Shown: piece by piece, positions 1-6,929 of the stretch
Position numbering within the stretch: position 1 is the stretch's first letter
Layout: every line of letters begins with the position of its first letter
DNA from: a virus
Length of the DNA stretch: 7,976 nucleotides
IMG/VR virus record: IMGVR_UViG_3300031760_001810
Location: 1 to 7,976 of that record
Strand: one strand, 5' to 3'
Translations under genes and position numbers: made by a program
The notes under the pieces: generated by a model
What the model saw: only the letters and a program-made list of their open reading frames with translations
Databases searched by the model: none
Told to the model about the DNA's origin: nothing

Positions 1-1
1 G

Positions 2-703
2 CGTGTTGTAAGGGCGTTCCTTTATTGGTGTATGGAGAAGCACTATGTCCAACAATTTAAAGTTAAATTAGTTGCCGAGCAAGAGATTGTGAAGATGACA
101 TACAGTGATGAAGACTGTATGAAATTGTTAGCCAAGCCGCGCAAGAATGATAGTTTTGTTGAGTGGCGCACCTGGGCTATTATCAACTGGGTGCTGGCTA
201 CTGGCAATCGTGCTGGCACTATTTGTAATATAAAAATTGGTGATGTTAATTTTTTAAGGCGCGAGGTTTATATCAATCGCACCAAGAACAACAAAGCAAG
301 CATTTTGCCCCTTTCAACAGCATTGGCAAATGCTTTGCAAGAGTATATTAAGATGTGGCTGTATGAGTTTGGACCCAACGATTGGTTATTCCCATCTTCT
401 ACAACCGCAGATCAATTAACAGTAAATGCGTTGAAGCATAGTGTGCGCCGCTATAATCTGGCGCGTGAGGTGGAGATGACTAGCATTCACGCATTTCGGC
501 ATACATTTGCTAAAAATTGGATTAGGAACACTGGCGATGTGTTCCGCTTACAAAAGATATTGGGTCATTCCACGCTAGAAATGACCCGACGCTATGTGAA
601 TATGTTCAGTGAAGACCTTAAAGAGGGTTATGAAGAGTTTAGTCCGCTTGACAAGTTGAAGAAAGCTAATAGCCGCACTCAACAAATCAAAAAGAGGGGT
701 TGA
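2..703 (+). CDS. int: Tyrosine-type site-specific recombinase / phage integrase, C-terminal catalytic domain. The 5' end probably lies upstream of the window.
   Basis: This frame is open from nt 2, with no stop before the ATG at 32, so the gene likely starts off-window. Catalytic signature read from the translation: LATGNR (Arg I), HAFRHTF (His-x-x-Arg), ILGHS, and RRYVNMF (Tyr nucleophile). TGA stop at 701-703. No in-frame TAG. Confidence 0.9.
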   Translation, partial: RVVRAFLYWCMEKHYVQQFKVKLVAEQEIVKMTYSDEDCMKLLAKPRKNDSFVEWRTWAIINWVLATGNRAGTICNIKIGDVNFLRREVYINRTKNNKASILPLSTALANALQEYIKMWLYEFGPNDWLFPSSTTADQLTVNALKHSVRRYNLAREVEMTSIHAFRHTFAKNWIRNTGDVFRLQKILGHSTLEMTRRYVNMFSEDLKEGYEEFSPLDKLKKANSRTQQIKKRG

Positions 704-712
704 TTACCCCTC
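689..712 (-). terminator. Intrinsic terminator hairpin shared by the two convergent genes. The U-tract is on the minus-strand side only.
   Basis: Perfect 7-bp stem GAGGGGT (694-700) / ACCCCTC (706-712) with the 5-nt loop TGATT. The loop and stem contain both stop codons (TGA 701-703 on plus, TAA 706-704 on minus). On the minus strand the hairpin is followed by TTTTTGATTTGTT (693 down to 681). On the plus strand no T-run follows. Confidence 0.55.
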
Positions 713-1018
713 GATGGCTTGTAATGCTGCCGCGAACTTCTCGTCAAGTTCGCGTCTTTTCTTCTCTTGGGCACGGCGCCGCAGTTCAGCATAGTTCTTA
801 ACCTTGTCTTTTGGTGTATAACCAAGGAACTTCTTGGCATAGTCAAACTTCAAGGTTGTAATGGAATGTGCTACTTCAATCTCTTGGTCGTCTCTCTTGC
901 GGATGTCTTTGCGCGCGCTCTCTTGTTGTATCCAGAGGAGTGCTTTCTTATCTTTGCGCGCAACTGCGTCGGCGATGAGGTCATCAATCGACATCGCCAT
1001 TATTTCTTTTGTAGTCAT
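704..1018 (-). CDS. Hypothetical 104-aa highly charged protein of unrecognised family, forming a stand-alone leftward transcription unit.
   Basis: ATG at 1018-1016 is preceded by AAGGAGGTGG (core GGAGG = plus 1026-1030, 7-nt spacing). TAA stop at 706-704. Lys/Arg/Glu-rich, helix-like composition. Has its own promoter and terminator (see other features). No in-frame TAG. Confidence 0.75.
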   Translation of the reverse strand: MTTKEIMAMSIDDLIADAVARKDKKALLWIQQESARKDIRKRDDQEIEVAHSITTLKFDYAKKFLGYTPKDKVKNYAELRRRAQEKKRRELDEKFAAALQAIEG

Positions 1019-1039
1019 AAGACCACCTCCTTAATGACT

Positions 1040-1068
1040 ATTATACTGGATATATTGTAAAATATCAA
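1040..1068 (-). promoter_or_regulatory. Near-consensus sigma-70/sigma-A type promoter driving the 104-aa leftward gene.
   Basis: Read on the minus strand: TTGATA (plus 1068-1063), a 17-nt spacer (1062-1046), then TATAAT (plus 1045-1040). The SD and ATG follow about 10-25 nt downstream of the -10 element. Confidence 0.55.
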
Positions 1069-1165
1069 GCCCATTTTGGGCGGATTAGCCATATTGGCTT
1101 ATGAGAAAAATTATTATTATATGAAAGTAGAACTCATTGAGGGCTCTTTCAAGAAAGGTTTTATT

Positions 1166-1738
1166 ATGAGTGAATTAGAAAATAAGGGTATGGAAAATCA
1201 GCAAACTCCTGATGAGGGTGCTACACCAAAGACTTATACCGAAGAAGAAGTGCGTGCTTTATTACAACAAGAGGGCGACCGTCGAGTGTCCCAGGCGCTG
1301 AATAAACAGCGTAAAGAGTTGGAAAAGAAGCAAGCAGAAGCCGAGAAGTTGCGCGAAATGGATGAGGCGCAACGCCGCGACTATGAATACAACAAGAAGG
1401 TTGAAGAACTTGAAGCAAAAGAACGTGAGTTCGCTATTGCGCAGAATAAATTAGAAGCATCCAAAGTGCTTACTAATAGAGGGCTTCCAATTGAGTTTGT
1501 AGATTATATTGTCGCGGATGATGCTGATACGATGATGGCTAATATCGAGACTTTTGACAAGGCATTTAAAGCTGCTGTCGCAGACGAGGTAGCCAAGCGT
1601 ATTGCACAACCGGCACCAAAGGCAGGGTCCGCACAGCAAGGTGGGCTTACGAAAGAACAGTTCCGCAAGTTGAACCTCGCGCAGCAGGCCGAGATTTATA
1701 GAACTAACCCTACATTATATAAAGAATTAACACAATAA
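1166..1738 (+). CDS. Phage head scaffolding protein (DUF4355-like).
   Basis: Charged coiled-coil-like protein (EEEVRALLQQEGDRRVSQALNKQRKELEKKQAEAEKLREMDEAQRRDYE...) placed immediately upstream of the major capsid gene. TAA stop at 1736-1738 overlaps the capsid SD. The start is uncertain. ATG 1166 has a weak AGAAAGG SD 7 nt upstream. ATG 1121 and ATG 1190 are alternatives. The TTG at 1076 in the ORF track is unlikely because it lies in the divergent promoter region. No in-frame TAG among 16 Gln codons. Confidence 0.8.
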   Translation: MSELENKGMENQQTPDEGATPKTYTEEEVRALLQQEGDRRVSQALNKQRKELEKKQAEAEKLREMDEAQRRDYEYNKKVEELEAKEREFAIAQNKLEASKVLTNRGLPIEFVDYIVADDADTMMANIETFDKAFKAAVADEVAKRIAQPAPKAGSAQQGGLTKEQFRKLNLAQQAEIYRTNPTLYKELTQ

Positions 1739-1752
1739 GGAGTGTATTGATT

Positions 1753-2529
1753 ATGGCACATACCATTTATGAGAACTTTGTTCTTGAAAATAAGATTAAT
1801 GATATCTTGACCACACAGGTTGATTTATCTAATTATATGTCTGTTGATAATTCTCTTACCGAAAATGCTGGTATGAAGAAGATTATTAATCGTTATACCG
1901 CTACCGGTAATGTTGAAGACCTTGCTATGGGCAAAGGCAATACCAATGATATCGAAATTGGTTTCGTTCCAGAAGAGTATGAAGTTGGCACCACCCAGGG
2001 TCGTTTTAAGTATTATGACGAGCAGGAAATGACCGACCCTATGGTAGTTGATGTTGGTCTTGATGGACTTGCCAAGCAGATGGTAAATGACTTTACTACC
2101 AAGGCTATTGCTGAATATAATAAGGCAACTCTTCTTGCTCCTGCTGCCGCTTGGAGTTTTGATGCTGTGGTTGATGCTATTGCCAAGATGAACCTTGAAG
2201 ATGAGACTGGCTTGTTCTTGCTTATCTCTCCTGCCGACCAGGCTGCTTTCCGCAAGGCTTTGAAGGACGACTTGAAGTATGTTGAAGGTTTTGTCCGCAC
2301 TGGTTATATCGGCACCGTTTGTGGTGTTCCTGTAATCGTGTCCAAGGCTGTTCCAGCAAATACTGGTTATCTTGCTACCAAAGATGCTATTACCCTTTTC
2401 GTTAAGAAGAGCACCGAAGTTGAACAAGAGCGCGATGCTAATGTTCGTGAAAATAAGGTATATGCTCGCAAGGTCGCATTGGTTGCTTTAACCGACGCTA
2501 CCAAGTTAGTAAAAATTACTATTGCTTAA
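1753..2529 (+). CDS. Major capsid protein, HK97 fold. By recollection it resembles the roughly 260-270 aa N4-gp56-type capsid family common in Bacillota siphophages.
   Basis: AAGGAG at 1737-1742 lies 10 nt before ATG 1753. The TTG at 1747 in the track is too close to the SD. Size, position after the scaffold gene, N-terminal YENFVLENKINDILTTQVDLSNYM and C-terminal GYIGTVCGVPVIVSK motifs fit. A strong terminator follows. TAA stop at 2527-2529. No in-frame TAG. Confidence 0.88.
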   Translation: MAHTIYENFVLENKINDILTTQVDLSNYMSVDNSLTENAGMKKIINRYTATGNVEDLAMGKGNTNDIEIGFVPEEYEVGTTQGRFKYYDEQEMTDPMVVDVGLDGLAKQMVNDFTTKAIAEYNKATLLAPAAAWSFDAVVDAIAKMNLEDETGLFLLISPADQAAFRKALKDDLKYVEGFVRTGYIGTVCGVPVIVSKAVPANTGYLATKDAITLFVKKSTEVEQERDANVRENKVYARKVALVALTDATKLVKITIA

Positions 2530-2537
2530 TCAATAAT

Positions 2538-2580
2538 GAGGCTCATAGGACTAATGTGCCTATGAGCCTCTAATTTTTTT
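2538..2580 (+). terminator. Rho-independent terminator or attenuator after the major capsid gene.
   Basis: Perfect 12-bp stem GAGGCTCATAGG (2538-2549) / CCTATGAGCCTC (2559-2570) with a 9-nt loop, followed by TAATTTTTTT (T-run 2574-2580). Confidence 0.85.
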
Positions 2581-2600
2581 ACACAAGGAGGTTCATTTTT

Positions 2601-2897
2601 GTGCTCGATAAGATTAAATTATTGCTCCATAAAGAAGACGATGAAAGCGTAGATGAATTGCTCCTTACATTGATTTCTTTATGCAAAGATGAAGCTTATA
2701 TCTACTGTAATTTAGAACAGTATGATGACGCACTTGATTATATTGTAATCCAGATGGTTATTGAACGCTTTAACCGCATTGGTAGTGAAGGGTTAGTAAG
2801 CCAGAGCTCATCTGGTGTATCAGCACAGTATAATGAGTTTTATAGTCCAAAAGTAGAAAGAATGTTAAATAAACATAGAAGGGTGAAATGTGTATGA
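2601..2897 (+). CDS. Head-tail connector / adaptor protein (gp6-like, putative DNA-packaging family).
   Basis: GTG start at 2601 with AAGGAGG at 2585-2591 (9-nt spacing). Length 98 aa. The acidic N-terminal pattern (LLHKEDDESVDELLLTLISLCKDEAYIYCN) and the C-terminal ...IGSEGLVSQSSSGVSAQY... are typical of this family, as is the position after the capsid gene. TGA stop at 2895-2897 overlaps the next ATG (ATGA). No in-frame TAG. Confidence 0.8.
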   Translation: MLDKIKLLLHKEDDESVDELLLTLISLCKDEAYIYCNLEQYDDALDYIVIQMVIERFNRIGSEGLVSQSSSGVSAQYNEFYSPKVERMLNKHRRVKCV

Positions 2898-3199
2898 CAA
2901 AGCGAGATACATTAACATATTTGCGCCTTCACTTTGTTGATGATGGCGAGGGCGGTGCAACAGTAGATAATATTGAAGAAGTCTCTGTGGTGCCAGCGCA
3001 CATTTCAGTCAATTCTACCGCAGAAGAAATAACAATGTATGGTGTAAAGTCATAGTGGATTTTACACGCTACGACTGACAAGCAACTTAACGATGGTATT
3101 GCCGCGCGTTATGCTTGGGGCGGCAGAGTATTTAAGATTATGCGGCAGATTAAATCAGGCAATGAATGGTTTTCTACTCTCTTGGAAGTAAGTGAATGA
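2894..3199 (+). CDS. Putative head-closure / head-tail joining protein (101 aa), readable only if TAG 3053-3055 is a sense codon.
   Basis: ATG 2894-2896 overlaps the upstream TGA (ATGA coupling), with a GAAGGGTG SD-like site upstream. The frame is open to TGA 3197-3199 except for the single TAG at 3053. The translation is ...EEITMYGVKS[TAG]WILHATTDKQLNDGIAARYAWGGRVFKIMRQIKSGNEWFSTLLEVSE. Without read-through, 2898-3211 would be an unexplained roughly 300-nt ORF-less gap in a tightly packed operon. Function is assigned from size and synteny only. Confidence 0.65.
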
Positions 3200-3211
3200 G
3201 GAGGGTAAGAA

Positions 3212-4432
<1,221 letters not shown>

Positions 4433-4446
<14 letters not shown>

Positions 4447-5596
4447 TAAACTTACTAATATTGCGGATGCTATTCGCGCGAAGACTGGTGAGAGTGATTT
4501 ACTTACTCTTGATGAGATGCCTGATGCTATTGCTAGTATTACTAGTGGCGGAAGTGCTGTTGATAATATGCCATAGCAGTTAATTTATTCCGGAGCATTA
4601 CAATATCATTTTTAGGGTGACCGTTATAAATGGGTAATTGAAAATTATAGTAATAAAATGATTTTTTAGCAACCTACGACTTTAAATTATGCTTTTCTGA
4701 ATTGCTCTTTATTACCTACTGTTGATATTAATATAACTAATGGTTGTGACTGTGAGTAGACTTTTAGCCAGTGTAAGCAACCTATACCTTATACTCTGTT
4801 TGGTGATCCTGTTAATATCCCATATATAAAAGGGAAACCTGGCTCATTAGAGTCTTTATTTTATGCGGCGAAAATAAACTTACCAAATGATTGGTTTAGT
4901 TATATTAGTTTAGAAAGTTATAATACTCATGCCGTAGCACATAGTATGAATAATATGTTTGCTGCTTCGACAATTCGTGGGACAATAAATATGAATATGT
5001 CTGTATTAGGCGACCGTGTTGGGATTAATGGTAGAAACGTTTATAATCTTTTGCCTTTTGATAGTAGCACCATAATGCAACCTGCTGTTATTGATAATTT
5101 ACTTAATATCCCAGTAATGAAATCGACTAACAATCCTACATCAGCAAGAACATTGTATTGGCGGTCTCCTATTTGTAAAAGAATAACTTTTTAGCTAAAT
5201 AATGGAGTTCCTTATGAAGCAAATTGGAATAAAATAACTTTGAATTTTTCAAACTGCGGATGGTGTAATGAGACTACTCCTTCTACTTTACGTTCTGGAT
5301 ATTCAATGACAACACAGGAAGTAGCAACGCTTGAAATTACGGATGCTACCAGCGCAGCCGCGTTAGCAGATAATCCAAATCGTTGGACCTCTAATGTAGA
5401 ATGGTCTTTATATAATAAAACATCAGCGCTTGAAACAATCGCTACATTACCCGATTTAACTTCAAGCGGTTCAACCGCTACTATTGTATTTAGTGGTAAT
5501 GCTGGCGCGAATACTCCTGGTGGTGCGATTAATACGATGACTGCTGATGAAATAGCAGTAGCAACCGCAAAAGGATGGACTATTTCATTCGTATAA
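4433..5596 (+). CDS. Putative fibre or receptor-binding protein (387 codons) with an N-terminal ADAIR-type motif and leucine-rich-repeat-like segments. Contains 5 in-frame TAG codons.
   Basis: ATG 4433 has AGGAG at 4419-4423 (9-nt spacing) and overlaps the upstream gene end by 14 nt. Track ORFs 4946-5194 and 5240-5596 lie in one frame. I checked that frame codon by codon: it is open from 4433 to TAA 5594-5596 except for TAGs at 4574, 4613, 4667, 4757 and 5192. The N-terminus LTNIADAIRAKTGESDLLTLDEMPDAIASI is a motif I recall from phage fibre and BspA-like proteins. LNYAFLNCSLLPTV and MNNMFAAS resemble LRR/DUF285-like units. Confidence 0.8.
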
Positions 5597-5609
5597 GGAG
5601 GGAAAAGAA

Positions 5610-6140
5610 TTGAGTTCAATTAAATATCGTAATTCAACTAATGATACTTGGCAAGAGCTTCAAGTAGTTGTCGGTCCATAGGGGCCAGCGGGAGCCGTTG
5701 GACCGCAAGGACCTGCTGGACCATAGGGCGAAACAGGGCCATAGGGGCCTGCTGGCCCCGCAGGCACTTATACAGCAGGAGCTAACATTACTATTGAAAA
5801 TGGCGTGATTAGTGCTACTGGTGGTTCAAATTATACTGCGGGCACCGGTATTGATATAACAAACAATGAAATAAGTGTTGATGCGACCGATTTGTCTTAT
5901 AACGATTTACAGAATAAACCCACTATTCCAACAGTGCCTACAAATATCAGTGCTTTTACAAATGATGCAGGTTATTTAACTGCACATCAAAGTTTAGTTG
6001 ATTATGCAACACAGACTTATGTTGATAACGCAGTTGGGAGTATTACGCCTGGCACAACCTATACCGCGGGCACAGGAATTGACATTACAAATGGTGTAAT
6101 ATCATTAGCTCTTGCTAATGCGAGTTAGGAGGAGATGTAA
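5610..6140 (+). CDS. Second collagen-like fibre protein (176 codons) with 4 in-frame TAG codons.
   Basis: TTG start at 5610 with AAGGAGGG at 5595-5602 (7-nt spacing). The frame is shared with track ORF 5805-6128. TAGs are at 5679, 5724, 5742 and 6126. The first non-TAG stop is TAA 6138-6140, which overlaps the next ATG (TAATG). It has an 11-triplet Gly-X-Y tract followed by three copies of a YTAGxGIxIxNxxIS motif. Confidence 0.8.
5673..5771 (+). repeat. Collagen Gly-X-Y tract in the second fibre gene: 11 triplets.
   Basis: GP[TAG] [14 protein letters not shown][TAG] GET GP[TAG] GPA GPA GTY. TAGs are at 5679, 5724 and 5742. Confidence 0.88.
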
Positions 6141-6925
6141 TGGCTGGCGAGATTAGTTCTTGGAGTTCAAGTAAAGAATGGCATCAAAACCTTGTAGATG
6201 ACTATAATGATTTAGTAATTGTTCCAAAAAGTATTTTAATTGATACTGCTGACGCAATTCGTATTAAACGAGATGGGACGAGCGCGATTCAGGCAGGTTC
6301 TGTTATTACGACTGGTAATGGCATTGCACCCGAAGATTTTGCTACTGAAATTACCAATATTCCTAATAAGATGAGTAGGCGCCAAGGACAGGTATCTTTT
6401 CCTTTAACTTGGAATGAAACCACATATTGTTGGGAAGGTTCTTTCTCCGTGCCTTCGGCTTTGACTAATTCATAGCAAATTGCTACAATTGTTTTATATA
6501 CTAATTAGACAGCGAATGCAAGCACTACCAGCATTTCTAACCCAGGAAGAATTGCTATATATAGCCGCAGTGTTATGCAGGATGCAATTGTAAATAATAG
6601 AACTTTTAATTGTTTGCCAACATCCGAGATTTTTGTATCTGGCAGTAGTTCCGGACATCGATGGGGCAGTTAGTGGTATCCATCTAGTGGGTCATTAGAG
6701 GCGAATACAACTTATCCACATTGGGTGATAGATATTGAGGCATTATTTGGTGCTACGCAAAGAACCCCTCGTAATTACACATCTGATGAGACTATTTCTG
6801 TAAAGTTTTATGCAATAACCGGCACACCATATACTCTTACTCCCAATGTTTTAACAGAAAGATATGGCACTGTTTGTCGCGGGCTACTTACCTATGATGC
6901 TTTTAAGGGCGAATGGGTGGGATAA
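6140..6925 (+). CDS. Putative fibre-associated or receptor-binding protein (261 codons) with an internal ADAIR-type motif and 3 in-frame TAG codons.
   Basis: ATG 6140 has AGGAGGAG at 6127-6134. Track ORFs 6140-6475 and 6725-6925 share one frame, which is open to TAA 6923-6925 except for TAGs at 6473, 6506 and 6671 (checked codon by codon). Contains LIDTADAIRIKRDGTSAI...APEDFATEITNI. Confidence 0.75.
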
Positions 6926-6929
6926 TAAT

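Noticed and set aside
767-1060. A plus-strand 97-aa ORF overlaps the 104-aa minus-strand gene.
   Set aside because: It has no SD, its translation is Cys/Phe/Leu-rich and implausible, and it runs through the minus-strand promoter. The minus-strand gene has an SD, a promoter and a terminator.
1076-1165. A TTG 1076 start for the scaffold gene, and plus-strand late-promoter candidates: ATGACT 1034-1039 with TAAAAT 1058-1063, and TTGGCT 1094-1099 with TTATAT 1117-1122.
   Set aside because: The N-terminal extension (GGLAILAYEKNYYYMKVELIEGSF...) has no SD and lies in the divergent promoter region. The promoter candidates match the consensus too weakly to report as features. A late promoter or activator site is still expected somewhere in 1019-1165.
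1825-2427. A 200-aa minus-strand ORF (and 2013-2300 minus) lies opposite the major capsid gene. ORFs 1221-1418(-) and 1451-1639(-) lie opposite the scaffold gene.
   Set aside because: They are antisense to genes with clear family signatures, have no SD, and show odd composition. They are shadow ORFs.
2898-3211. The apparent 300-nt ORF-free gap under the standard code could be a regulatory RNA or a cos/pac region.
   Set aside because: The gap is fully accounted for by one ORF with ATGA coupling to the upstream gene and a single in-frame TAG at 3053.
5212-5619. A 135-aa minus-strand ORF.
   Set aside because: It is antisense to the C-terminal part of the 4433-5596 fibre gene, has no SD, and is opposed to the operon orientation.
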